A stretch of 64,000 bases of DNA from the human T2T-CHM13v2.0 reference genome, Homo sapiens. How positions within the stretch are numbered: the first letter of the stretch is position 1; every line of letters begins with the position of its first letter. The position numbers and the translations under genes were made by a program. The stretch lies in assembly GCF_009914755.1 (NCBI RefSeq), contig NC_060935.1, one strand, 5' to 3'. Of this stretch, positions 29,019 to 44,126 are shown in pieces. The notes beneath the pieces are model-generated. The model was not told the origin of the DNA, did no database searches, and saw only the letters and a list, made by a program, of their open reading frames with translations.

Positions 29019-30504
29019 GTGCCAGATTTGTTTGCAGACTTTGCCTTTATGTACTTTGCCTGGGCTAATACAGTTTCTTGGAATGACTAACACTCTGGTG
29101 GAGAGGGAGAAGTGTCTCTGCTCTGGCTGTGACTGAGCTCGAGGTGCTGTCCAGATTAGAAAGACTGTGGAGACTCGACCGGCTGGAGTGTTTCTTTTCA
29201 TTCTGAGGCGCTGGGAAACCCTTGCTTCTGGGGCTAAATAAGGGCCTATTTTAGAGCAGTCTGGTAGGTATGTTTGATGAGGTACCCTTAGTCTTATTCG
29301 AGAAAATCCACAAACCCAGAATTACCTCTGATAAGAGCTTGGCATCTTCAACACGCTCCAGACCAGAGAGGGCCATTGGTATGCAGGCAGAGGCCTGCTC
29401 AGGCCAACGTTGCCGTCAGGTTTTGAGGAATAAGGAAGAAATATGCAGTTTCTATTTGGTCATTCAGGATTGGTAACATTCCTTCAGTAATTACTACTTG
29501 AAATCCTAATTTTAAAAGTATTTGAAACCTAGATTTTTTTTCCCCTTAGAACTTTATGATAGTCATGTTCGCAGATGAAAATTCTCAATTTTGGGCCTTC
29601 ATGGCAGCAGGGAGGACAAAATAAAATGAAGACTCCCAAAGGGAAAAATTGAGCCTATCCTCTGCCAGTTTCTACTTTGCTGCCCCATTTACATTATTTA
29701 AGGTGTCTGGGATGGGAGACAACACTAAAAAGTATTCACTACAGTAGCAGCACAGGGTCCAGTCTTTGATCTCTGACCCCCTGTTTTGGGGAGCAGTTAT
29801 GAGATGAGCTAGGGTAGATTTTCCATGGCTGCCATTTTACATGTGGAGCAGCAAAAGATGTTTCTTTAATCTTTAGATAGGAAGAGAAAGAAGAAGCCAT
29901 CTTTAGTTGTATATTTTGCCAAAAGTGACTTCAAAAATAAATAAATTGTTTTGGACATTTAGATTTTAAATTTAAATTTTTTTAAGGAAAAATTATTTTC
30001 TAAATAGAAAATTAAGCATGTAGCATATTGCCAGGCATATATAGGCCCCACAGGTGCACATTCACTGCACTGTGAGGTTAATCAGGTTCTTGGAACTCCC
30101 CTCCAGTGCCACTCGGCAGTGATTTTAGCAGAAGAGTCACTCTACGGGAATGTTTGAGTGCCATGTGACGTCCAGAGTGACGTTCTACATGACACTCAAC
30201 ATTTTTTGAGCCACCTCATAATTTGAGCCGTGTTGAGAGTTAATAGATTGTTTTTGTGCAAAGAATTCGCAGGTGAAATATGCTATATGTATTACTGCAG
30301 TTTTGTGGGAAGTTGATTATGACACAGCAGAGACTAGATCACAGAGGGAACCAGATAATTCTAGAAATACTAGTCTTAGTTATTTAGTGTTTATAGAATG
30401 AGTGATATTTTGAATAAGGGATAATTTTGGATAATTGAAGCCAGTGGTTTTTTAACCAATGTTATGTATCAGAATCACCTCACAAAGCTTCTGAAAAATA
30501 CACC

Positions 30505-30604
30505 ACAAAGTGTGGCTCACCCACCACACTTTGGGAGGCCGAGGCTGGAGGATCACTTGAACCCAGGAGTTTATGACCAGCCTGAGCAACATGGTGAAAC
30601 CTCA

Positions 30605-30648
<44 letters not shown>

Positions 30649-30790
30649 ACTTGGGAGGCTGAGGCAGGAGGATCACTTGAGTCCAGGAGGTTGAGGCTGC
30701 AGTGAGCTGCATTTGCACCACTGTACTACAGCCTGGGGGACAGAATGAGACCCTGTCTCAAAAAAAACACAAAACAACAACGGCAAAAAA
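30505..30790 (+). mobile_element. AluJ, degenerate, with a long internal poly-A
   Basis: Seen directly. Confidence 0.82.
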
Positions 30791-30972
30791 CTCCAGCTAA
30801 TTATTTTGCACACTCTGATTTAAGCAATAGCAAAATGGTTTCAACCTTTTGAATCCAGATGTAACTTCTACATACAGCTCTGATCCAATATGCTGAAAGT
30901 ACTGCACACAAATTTAACTTTTTCTTAATGTGCAAAGGGCATTTTATGAATATAATTATTTTATTATTCTAA

Positions 30973-31320
<348 letters not shown>

Positions 31321-31570
31321 TAGTGGTCATTTTTAAGTGAAATGTGTTCCTCTTTCCTGAAGTCACTGAAGGCTGTGGCTGATTCAGAGGGACTTTCTGT
31401 CAGATTGGCAGAGAGGGTTTGTTCTTTGCTCCTCAGGATAGGCCTTTCTGGATAGAAAAATCAAGGGAAGTCATCCTGGAGTTGGGTTGGAAAACTGGCA
31501 CTAATGAAATGCACATAATCTTACGCCAAGGGCCTGTGTAAAAGGCTGCTCAGTTAACTCTTCTCACTCC

Positions 31571-32461
31571 TTTTTTTTTTTTTTTTAATTTTATTATTAT
31601 TATACTTTAAGTTTTAGGGTACATGTGCACAATGTGCAGGTTTGTTACATATGTATACATGTGCCATGCTGGTGTGCTACACCCATTAACTCGTCATTTA
31701 GCATTAGGTATATCTCCTAATGCTATCCCTCCCCCCTCCCCCCACCCCACAACAGGCCCCGGTGTGTGATGTTCCCCTTCCTGTGTCCAAGTGTTCTCAT
31801 TGTTCAGTTCCCACCTATGAGTGAGAATATGCGGTGTTTGGTTTTTTGTTCTTGCGATAGTTTACTGAGAATGATGATTTCCAATTTCATCCATGTCCCT
31901 ACAAAGGACATGAACTCATCCTTTTTTATGGCTGCATAGTATTCCATGGTGTATATGTGCCACATTTTCTTAATCCAGTCTATCATTGTTGGACATTTGG
32001 GTTGATTCCAAGTCTTTGCTATTGTGAATAATGCCGCAATAAACATACTTGTGCATGTGTCTTTATAGCAGCATGATTTATAATCCTTTGGGTATATACC
32101 CAGTAATGGGATGGCTGGGTCAAATGGTATTTCTAATTCTAGATCCCTGAGGAATCGCCACACTGACTTCCACAAAGGTTGAACTAGTTTACAGTCCCAC
32201 CAACAGTGTAAAAGTGTTCCTATTTCTCCACATCCTCTCTAGCACCTGTTGTTTCCTGACTTTTTAATGATTGCCATTCTAACTGGTGTGAGATGGTATC
32301 TCATTGTGGTTTTGATTTGCATTTCTCTGATGGCCAGTGATGGTGAGCATTTTTTCATGTGTTTTTTGGCTGCATAAATGTCTTCTTTTGAGAAGTGTCT
32401 GTTCATGTCCTTCGCCCACTTTTTGATGGGGTTGTTTCTTTTTTTCTTGTAAATTTGTTTG
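31571..32461 (-). mobile_element. 5'-truncated young L1PA (about PA2-PA3): ORF2p C-terminus, 3'UTR and poly-A
   Basis: ORFs 32239-32493 and 31804-32175 translate to ORF2p C-terminal sequence ([20 protein letters not shown]; WKSVWRFLRDLELEIPFDPAIPLLGIYP); TSD ctcactccttt at both ends. Confidence 0.95.
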
Positions 32462-32650
32462 CTCACTCCTTTCTTAAAGCAACAGCCGATCATTCGTGGA
32501 ATATTTGGAATCTCATTATTCTTTTAATGGATAGTTCTTTCTCTGTCAGTCTCTTAAAAAGACAGTGTCTTAAAAAAAAAGAGAAACTTTTTATAGTAAA
32601 TTGTTTAAATGAAAGACAAGAACTTTAGCTTGAAACACGTAGTTCTTGTA

Positions 32651-32949
<299 letters not shown>

Positions 32950-32984
32950 AGATCTTGTAATTTTAAAAATTACGATTGAAGTTT

Positions 32985-33205
32985 TTTATTAACTTTTAAT
33001 TTTTGTGGGTACACAGTAGGTGTTTATATTTGTGAGGTACATGAGATATTTTGATACAGGCATACAATGTGTAATAATCACATCAGGGTAAATGGGGTAT
33101 CCATCACCTCAAGCATTTATCCTTAGTCTTACAAACAGTCCACTATACTGTTTTAGTTAGTTTTAAATGTACAATTAAATTATGATTGACTATAGTCACC
33201 CTTTC
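32985..33205 (-). mobile_element. L1MA 3' end
   Basis: gtacatgagatattttgatacaggcatacaatgtgtaataatcacatcagggtaaatgggg. Confidence 0.8.
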
Positions 33206-33314
33206 TGCTATGAAGTTTATTTTTTTATGTGTAATCCTGAAGGTGATCTAGCCACTTCTGAATGAGAACTCAGAAGAAAACTGTTCATTTAAAATGTAGA
33301 ATACTCAAGTTATT

Positions 33315-33658
<344 letters not shown>

Positions 33659-36545
33659 TTACCCACTTTGGATCTGTAACACCCTGGAGTACACCTTAGT
33701 CGTGTCTGTATTCCCAGCAACTCGTACCTGGCACACAGTAAGTACCCAGGGAAATTTTTTTGAATGAATGAATGGATCCAATGGGACCACATGGAACAAC
33801 AGTCCCTCTTACATTTGATATAATACTTTTCATATATTTGAAGGTTAGAGACTGGGCTCTGGAATGAGGCCACGGTTTGATTCCTGGCTCTGGTACTTTT
33901 AGCTGTGTAACTTGAGAGAATGGCCAACTTTATACAGTTGTTGTGAGGATGAAATGAAATGATGCATGCAGAGTGTTTTAGAGTAATGCCTAGCATTTGG
34001 GAGTCACTCCGAGTGTGTTGCTTTCTGTTCCTTTATCTCATTTGCAGACGGGGAAGATATATAATGTGTGGAGTGTAAAAATAAGCATTCAGAAAAAAGA
34101 TGTTGACAGGCTAGAATGATGATTTTAGACCAAGAAGCTAATTTAACATATCAAAAGAACAAGTACAGGATCCAGGAGACTTGGCTTTATAGAAATTCAT
34201 TTGAAAAGTTCTACAGTTTCATTTCCCTGAAATGTGGTTGCCAAAACCCTATACACTCTTAGGCAGCCTTAATGAATGTGAAGTGTCCAGAGCAAATGAG
34301 ATAATTGTCCCTCTATAATATGAGCTGTTACCTACCAGTACTTGCTGTGTGGTAGGCATGTAAACACCTTATGTGCATTATCGCATTTAATACACTAATA
34401 AACCTTTGATGGTAGGTGTAGTTTCTATTCCTTTTTTGATAAATGAGGAAGCCGATACACAGAAAAAGAGTGAGGCACTGAAGTCTTTAGTCAGGAGTCT
34501 TACTTGCGAACCACAGAAACCACCTTGTATTAGCTAAAGCAATAAAACAATTTGTTGAAAGTTTCTTAAATAGTTTGCCAGTTCCACAGAAAGGCAGGTG
34601 ACCAGGCCTTGAACACAGGCAGGAATCACAGGGGGATGAGCAGCCCCAACTACAGCCCAAGCCAGGCCATGGGAAGAGTCCAGTGAGGATGCCGCTGGCA
34701 CCCATGTTGGTACCAGGCATCAGCAGTGCCATCGCTCCTGCTGTCACTCAACACTGCATATTACTGCCACCGGCAAGATGAATTCTCTACTGGCTCTGCT
34801 TCTTTGTGCCAGGTGCTTCAGAGTCAAAGTTCCAGAAGGAGCATCTACATAGCCAAGCCCAGCTTGTGCCTCCACCATACCCTAGCTGCCAAGGGGTGGG
34901 AGGGCAGGTGTCTGGCCTGTGGATTCTATAGCGGGAAATGAGCCCTACCTTCCATCAAGTCTTCTACTATGGCAGTTCCCCTAGACACATGAAGGAGTTC
35001 AGAGGCTGGGCAGCCTAAGCACCTGGAAATGTCCATTCCCCCTCCATACTTTTACCACTAGAATGAAAAAACAGACCCATCCAGTCTTGTTCATTCTTAT
35101 ATCCCCAGTGCCTAGAAAAGCACGTAGAAGGCACATAAAAAATACACATCAACTGAGTGAATAAACTCTGCACTGGTCAGACCACATCTGTAGTGTCGTG
35201 TTCTGTTGTGTACATCAAACTCCAAGAGACATCTGAGGAGACCTCAGTGTCTCCAAAGAAGGATATTGAGTCTGGAAGCTGGGTCCCATTAGTTAAGGCT
35301 GGAGGTGGTCTTCTTGGAGAAGGATGTTCTCAACAGGCAACAAAGCTGCCTTCCAGTTGCGAAAGGGCTATCACAGGGAAGAGGGAGTAGATACTTCCTT
35401 TGTGGAACTAGGGTAGTGGATGGGAGAACTCATCTTAGTATAAGAAAAAACTTCGTAAGAATTGAAGCTGCCCATAAATAAACTGGCCCAATTTGTGAGG
35501 CAACGAGTGGTAGCCCATCACCTAGAGTATTGGAGCTGAGTTGAATAACAACCTTGCAGGAAGTTGTAGAGGGAATTTGGAAATTGGTGTTGGTATAGTC
35601 TGTTACTTTATTCCTTTGTTGTTAGTTTTATAAGAGCAGATGCTGGCAGGTAGTAGTAACTGACCAGTCATGTGACTTGACTTTGTTACCATAATATTGT
35701 TGCTCAAGCCACTAGATATGTATCCTGTCCTTGGCTGGCATCGAACGACACTATATACACTTTAATGCAGGTTTTGGCTGTTTGTTAGTTTATTTAAACA
35801 ACTACATAGCTGGGTATTCCCAGATAGGTATTCCTGTTATTTTGGAGTCACACAGACCTGGGTTAAAATCCATTATAACCTGTGCAACATACTTTTAAAC
35901 CCTTTGGTTTTTCATTGCTTCATCTGTAATGTAGGGACAATACCTTTCAGGATTGTCAGGGGATTAGCAATAATGGAGGCAAGGGCCTGGCATGTAGCAA
36001 TTGTTCAATAAATAGTATCTCTATTCTGTCTGCGTTCACTCCTTTCTTCATCTTCATTATCAGCTTTTTCCATGGTAACAGGTTTTTACTAGATGAAAAT
36101 GTTTTCATGTTGTAGCAACCAGGCAAACTTCAAATCTTGGCCCTGCCACCTGGCAGGTGGATGATCCTAGTACAGGCCACTGAACCTTTGTGTCTCACTT
36201 GCACCATCTCTAAAATATGAGTAGCAGCACCTAAATTTACTGTGAGGATTAATTGAGAAAATACACTTGACTCTTAGGCCAGTTCCTGGCACACATTAAA
36301 CTCTGGATAAATGTTATTTTTTATTTCACAAACGGGTGAAACTGAGAGAGCTTAGAGCAGGACATATAGGCTGCTTTACCAGCTTTGTGAATATGAGCTT
36401 CTCTGGCTCCTGCTTTCCTCCTGGTGGAATGAAAGGGGGATTAGACGACCTCAAATATTCTCTTGTCTAAAATGCTTCCCTCGTCTGCTGGGTCAGGGTG
36501 GTGACCTGGGCAGGATTTGATCTGGAGCTTTCCTCCACATTGTAG

Positions 36546-36744
36546 GTTGTTGGAGGAAGAGTCTTCCAAGAGGGCTGAACTAGAAAAGTGGCACTTGGAG
36601 CAGCAGCAGGCCATTCAGACAACCGAGGCGGAGAAGCAGGAGTTGGAGAATCAGCGTGTCCTGAAGGAACAGGCCCTGCAGGAGGCCATGGAGCAGCTGG
36701 AGGAGCTTGAGTTAGAACGGAAGCAAGCACTTGAGCAGTACGAG
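36546..36744 (+). CDS. SWAP70: SWAP70 exon 10 ([15 protein letters not shown]...QALEQYE)
   Basis: Acceptor tgtag|G, donor GAG|gtaatg; 199 nt, phase 2/0. Confidence 0.97.
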
Positions 36745-37775
36745 GTAATGAGACTTGGCCCTGCAAACTTGTATATTTAAATTTTTGAAAAACATTTCTC
36801 AATAATAGAATTATTTGCTTAGCTGCCAATATGAAGCTGTAGTAAGAATCTTGCTTAGCTGTAAGAAAGAAAAAAGAGGGAGTTTTTACAGGAGATAAGA
36901 TATATTATACATCCATCAGAGACAGAAACTGCACAGTAATTTGAACAGGGAAAGTTTAATATAAAACATTATTAACTGTCATAGGAGATTACCTACTGTG
37001 TTGTAAAGAAGGCTTTGAGAATGCAGGAACAGCAGACGTAGGGAGCAGCCACTGCCTCGAAAACTGAGGCAGAGCACCAGGGAGGGAGTGGATCTGGAAG
37101 AGCATTCTTTGCTTCTTGCCCCTTAACCCCAGTGTTGTGATCCATACCTCCATGGAGAGGGTGCACAGATGGCAGAAAAGTTTGTTGAGGTGCTGTGCCA
37201 GCAAAGCTCACTGGGAGGCCACCGGCAAAAGCTGCCCACAGGGAGGTGCTACAGAAACTCACTGGTGGTGAGCACTGTGGGTGTTCTGAGTGCCACAGGA
37301 GCCGCTGAGTGGAACCTAGAAGAAAAGTCCCTCCCTCCTCGTGTCCCTTCAGCACCCTCTACTGACAAAGCTTTATGCTGCCAGCTAGTGAGGGAGAATT
37401 ATTTTAGTTTCACCAGCAGGACAGTTCAGGGTGGATTTGGAGTGGAGAGGCAGTAAACTCTAACTGGCACACAGGGCCATACACCCATTGTAATTCGTAT
37501 GCAGATGGTGGAAGAATAGGCTTTGGAATCAGACAGCCTGGGTTCCAATTCTGGCTCTACCATTTCCTGCTGTGTGACTCTCGGCAGGTTACTGACCTTC
37601 TCTGAACCCGTTTTCACTCTGTACAATGGGGTAATAGTAGTTCCCACTTCTTAGAATGGGCTATGAGAGGATTTAATGAGATAATTCACAAATACATAGT
37701 AAGGGCCCAATAGTTGTGATTTGGTTCTTAAACTACCCGTGTGTCTGCATAGTCCAAAATCCACTTTTGTTTCAG

Positions 37776-37872
37776 GAAGTTAAAAAGAAGCTGGAGATGG
37801 CAACTAATAAGACCAAGAGCTGGAAGGACAAAGTGGCCCATCATGAAGGATTAATTCGACTGATAGAACCAG
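37776..37872 (+). CDS. SWAP70: SWAP70 exon 11 ([32 protein letters not shown])
   Basis: Acceptor tttgtttcag|GAA, donor CCAG|gtaaca; 97 nt, phase 0/1. Confidence 0.97.
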
Positions 37873-37899
37873 GTAACAGACTCTATGAAGTAATCATAT

Positions 37900-38235
<336 letters not shown>

Positions 38236-38552
38236 ATATATTTATTTTTAAATTTATTTTTCTGTTTCACTTGTGTATTTGAATTGTACTAAAGAAACTT
38301 TTTTAGCCCAAATGTAAAAAAACCAAGCTGTTCAGGATAAATTTCTCTTGAAAATCTTATCCCCTAATAGGTAAGAGGGCCCAGTTAATCCCCTTGGTAT
38401 ACATCTTCTAATTGTTTTAGCTGGTATGACATTTATGCATGTTCCTCAAAGAAGAAATAAAGTAGGGAAGTTACTATTTTGTCTGTAGAAAAATGATGGG
38501 GTATCCTGAAGAATATAATACTTCCTGTATTTAAAGCATGTTTGCCTCTTAG

Positions 38553-38659
38553 GTTCAAAGAACCCTCACCTGATCACTAACTGGGGACCTGCAGCTTTCA
38601 CTGAGGCAGAACTTGAAGAGAGAGAGAAGAACTGGAAAGAGAAAAAGACCACGGAGTGA
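38553..38659 (+). CDS. SWAP70: SWAP70 terminal exon, coding part ([35 protein letters not shown])
   Basis: Acceptor cctcttag|GT, TGA at 38657-38659; with 80 upstream residues the total is 585 aa, the known protein length. Confidence 0.97.
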
Positions 38660-38716
38660 CTGAGCTTGCTGGCAGTCACGTCAGTTATGTAGATACTGCA
38701 TGGCAGGAGAGCTTTA

Positions 38717-39103
<387 letters not shown>

Positions 39104-40387
39104 CTAAGTGGGTCAGTATCCTAAGGAAGCCTTCTTATTTATCTTCCTGCAAACAAGGGTTACCTGAAAAGAAAAAAAAAGTCAACATTGTCAAGCTGTT
39201 TGTTTACTCTTTCTTTGAAAACATCACCTTCTGAAATTTGTCTTTTAGCTCTCTCAGATTCTTCCCCAAATGAGGCAGGGTGCAGACAGCACAGTCAGCT
39301 CTGCAGAGTTTGGAGGGGCTCACTGCCACTGGGTACTCAGAACCTCTGTGGACTGGATGTCAGCTCTTTCCTTTGGCAGCGTGTTTCCTTTTCCGAGTAT
39401 GTGCTGTTAAACTAGATTGGCCGGTTCGCTTTCCATTTCCTGACACTTGACATGGAATGCCTTTGACCATTGGTGCTCTGACAGAGAAGTCATGGAGTCA
39501 TTGCCATTTCCTGGTTGCCCTTTTGGAATGTGATCCTGTTAGTAGAGGTTTTCTAGCTTCTACTAAGATATTTCTTTCCCTAACCATCATACACTTGGCA
39601 TGTTTCATTCCCATCTCCTTTCCCCTCACCTTAAAGGAGACTACCCCTTTGCCCCATATTGTCAACCTAATTTTCTCTCGTACTCTCTCTAGTGAATGAT
39701 GTGCTACCAAGTATATGCCAGGCTGTGAGAGGATTATACTGAGTAGTAGAAAGAAGCTAATTTGAAATAAAAATTATTTGTATAATTAAGAAAGCAGATT
39801 AGATGCACATGGTCAACAGGAAGTTGACTGTATGTCTGCTAGTTAGATTCAAAACATCATAAAGATGATAGCATGTCAATATATTAGCCTAGCCATTATG
39901 TTAGCCTTTGTTAGGTGGGCAGCTTTTCTGCTTTTTCCCTTCCTCTGTGGTGACAACGGAGGAAATATCCAACAGAAATACGTCTAACAGGGAAATTGGG
40001 ATCATAGTTTATATGCATCTGATTTGAAAGGAGTATTGAGGAAGGTTTTCATATATGATCTATCTTTGGATTAAAAAGAACATTTATGAAATCAAGCCTT
40101 CTAACACTAGTTATAATTGAGAAGCAACAGTAACTCCGTGGACAGCAATCAAGCTTAAAATTGTAAATAAATATGGGGATAATTCAGTTGTTGCAAAAAA
40201 AGGGCAGAATTCAGTAGAATAAAGTCCTTTTCTCTTACAGGTATTAAATGAGGACAGAGAACCTCAGGTGTTCTTATGCTAGTGCTTGCTGAGTGCATAC
40301 TAAGAAAGCAATTCCAAATAGATGTATACATCTAGAGAGAGTGGTATTAGAGATTCAGTGTATGTATTTATTTACATGAGAGGAAAC

Positions 40388-40433
40388 TGGAATATAATCC
40401 CATAAATTATTGGAATATAATCCCATAAATTAT
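40388..40433. repeat. Perfect 23-bp tandem duplication in the 3'UTR
   Basis: tggaatataatcccataaattat x2. Confidence 0.97.
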
Positions 40434-41594
40434 CACCTTTTATGACTGGAAAATATTTGCCAATGAAGAAATGGTCTGTAGGTATTTGTCTTAAGATTTT
40501 TGGCTGTTTAATAAAAATGTAACTTTAACGGTTTCTTATAGTTGCCTTTATAAAGTGTATTGTCTAAAATATTTTTGTATCATGTGCCTTTGAAATTTGA
40601 CAGCTGATTTGGGTGTTGGATTTCTGCCCAGCCATTTATCAGTATTATCATTTTATTCAGTAGCTGGCAGGTGTATTAGACAAACGAGACTTAGGTAAGG
40701 AATGGAACCTTTCCTGTGGTTTGACTGCACATCACACCAGAAGACTCCAGTATCCCTCATTCCAGAATGAGGAAAAAGTATTCTACAAAGAACCTAATCA
40801 CCTCTGTGAAATCTATGGGATGGAAACAGTGTGGCCTTAGGAGTCAAATAGTCTCTGCATGGTGGGGAGGATCATGATGGAATATGTGAATTTCTACTTC
40901 TAGAAGTTGTGAAATAGGTCCTGCACTTTTGCAGAATGTCCTTCTTTAAACCTGGCTTATTCCACAGCTGTAGCTGATAACATGACCTGGGGCTTAGCTG
41001 CTCTAGCCCTGGGTTCTTGGAGACCTCACACTGCCTGGCCCCTGGCCATCCACCTAAGGACTGCCTGCTTTCTGGTCACATGTGGACCTTGATACGACTA
41101 AGCGGTTACATATGTGGTTGTGCAAAAGCTTTCTGTTTAATGCATAGTGTTACCGATTTACATCTTGGTTTTCAGTGGCACTATGTCTAGGAGGCAATAT
41201 CCTTTTAAACAGTGCTTTGGCTAAGATAGATACTTGTGAATCAAAGATAGCACAGAAATGAACTAAGTATATCCCATTTGGAATTATATTTTGATACTAT
41301 TTAAAATGGTTTCACCTGTTAAAGGGCCAACAGAACTCTTGGTTTTACTTTTGTAATTACTGTACAGAAAATTTCAAGAGTGTTTGAGTGCTTGTCATCA
41401 GGTGTTTTCCTTAATAAGTAGGGATATGATCATTTACAGGAATTATATATGAAAAAAGTTTTTGAAATGTATTTTTGTGATGTGCTATGTTGAGGGGAAA
41501 CCAAATATTTATGATTTTAAAACATTCGTATGAAAACATTGTACAATGTAATATGCTCAACTTTCTCAATTTTTTGCTAATTTTTCTAAGATAC

Positions 41595-41730
41595 ATTAAA
41601 AATGTTTTATATTTTTTTTTAAGTAAAATGGACCCAGTAAGAAAATTAAAAATACCAGAACATACACTTTAAACTGTCTGATTTAATAAAACAGTGGGGG
41701 GTAAAGTTGGGTGTATCTATGTGTATTTTC
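41595..41730 (+). terminator. Distal polyadenylation region of SWAP70
   Basis: ATTAAA 41595-41600 and 41645-41650, AATAAA 41685-41690, upstream TGTA motifs (~41540-41550), downstream GT-rich tract. Confidence 0.75.
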
Positions 41731-42164
41731 ATATAATGAGATGGACTTTGGTTTAGGGACATTTCCTGAAAACACTGGGTTTGGAGTTTAGACCCCAAGA
41801 AGTTAGCTGTGGCCTCATGTTTGGTGTTTGAGTCACGAATGTGGGCAAGCCATGGCTGATGTGTCAGCTCACAAACGGGAACTTACAAAGATGATTTCTC
41901 ATTCATTGTTGCTGTTACCTTCAAATTTTCTTACCTCTGTTTTCCTTAGTTTTCTTTTTATGCCTTTCAGTTTTTCTTTCACCAGAGTAAACCGTGTGGC
42001 TTTTTGTTTGTTTGTTGTGGTTTGCATTGTTGCCAAGATAAAATGCCTGTTGTGGACTAAGTGGGCCCACTCAGGCCAGCTTGATTGTATATTGGAAAGC
42101 TGATCTTTCCCTCTTGGAGGGAGGGAGAGGACACTGGTTGGTGTGTTTAAAAACTGTTCTTTCT

Positions 42165-42665
<501 letters not shown>

Positions 42666-43329
42666 CTATTATCCAGAACACAATATAACCCTTGGAGTCA
42701 GGGTTTCCCTTTCAGATGTCCTAGGAGTTGACTGACCTCTTCAGTGCAAATGAGGAGCACCTGGAAGGGAGAATGCCTGTTTCTCTGTGAGCTGGCAGAG
42801 AGCAGAGGGCAGGGACCTCTGACACACCCAGAGCCTCTGGAGGGGGTTGCTTTGGATATATTTTAAAAGACTATGATGCAAGTTGCTGAGGCATGAAGTG
42901 TAAAAGCTGCCTTAACCCTGATTTCTTTCCAGGTGGTGAAACACAGGGTGGGTCTGTCAGCACCATTTAGCAGCTTGTGAGGAATGAATTTTCAGATTTG
43001 CCACTCAGGTAGTGATGTGTCCCGCACAGCGCTTGTGCTTGTTCTAACTGGCCAAGCTTTAATTGCAACCTTCTGGGTAGTTCCAGCAAGGCACAGCTGC
43101 CCTAGTGGGGTGAGGATCAGGTGAATAAGATCAAGACATATGAAAGCGTGGGAAGAGGCACTCCTCAGCTTTTACAGTGCAGAGGAGGTGCTCCAGATTT
43201 GTTAAAGGATCAGTTTTGGGAATAGTTTATGGAATCTCTATTTCTTTCCTCTCTTTCCCCCTCTACTCCTTTTTTATATATTAGAGACTGTAATAATCAC
43301 CTCCCTACTTCCTACTTGGCAATATCCAC

Positions 43330-43800
43330 TAAAGCTAAAAACAACAGCTACCCTCCGGCCCAGCAGTTTCCACTCATTTCAGAGAAATGAGGCTGATGTC
43401 CACCAAAAAACTTGTATAAGAAGATTCACAACAGTTTTATTATAATGGCCCCAAACCAGAGACACTCAAATATCCACCAGTAGAGAATAGACAATTGTAT
43501 TTCCAGACAATGGATACTACACCTAAATTAACATATTACAGAGAGAGGCAACCCGGCTGAATCTCACGGACATCTTGAGCAAAGAAGCCAAACACAAAAG
43601 AGCACATACTATATGATTCCTTGTATATTAATTTCCAAGACACACTGCTAATCGGTGGATTTAGAAGTGAGGGTGGGAGGCGGGTGGCTGTAAACTGGGA
43701 AGGGACACACTTGAACTTTCTGGGATGCTGTAAATGGGTGGTGGTTACACAGGAAAAAACAGCTTCACACCCAGGATTTGTGCAGTTTACCGTCTGTAAC
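43330..43800 (+). mobile_element. Old L1M 3' fragment
   Basis: ccagcagtttccactc...atgtccaccaaaa...tgaatctcac...tatatgattcc motifs. Confidence 0.7.
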
Positions 43801-43838
43801 TGCAGTGCCTCTAGAAGCCTGAACTGGCTCACCTTTAA

Positions 43839-44126
<288 letters not shown>

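Noticed and set aside
31804-32493. L1 ORF2 frames as a functional gene
   Set aside because: 5'-truncated, no promoter, endonuclease or RT, and an internal stop codon
36870-37470. Possible ancient LTR (LTR78/85-like) in intron 10
   Set aside because: The resemblance is too weak to name or bound without a Dfam search
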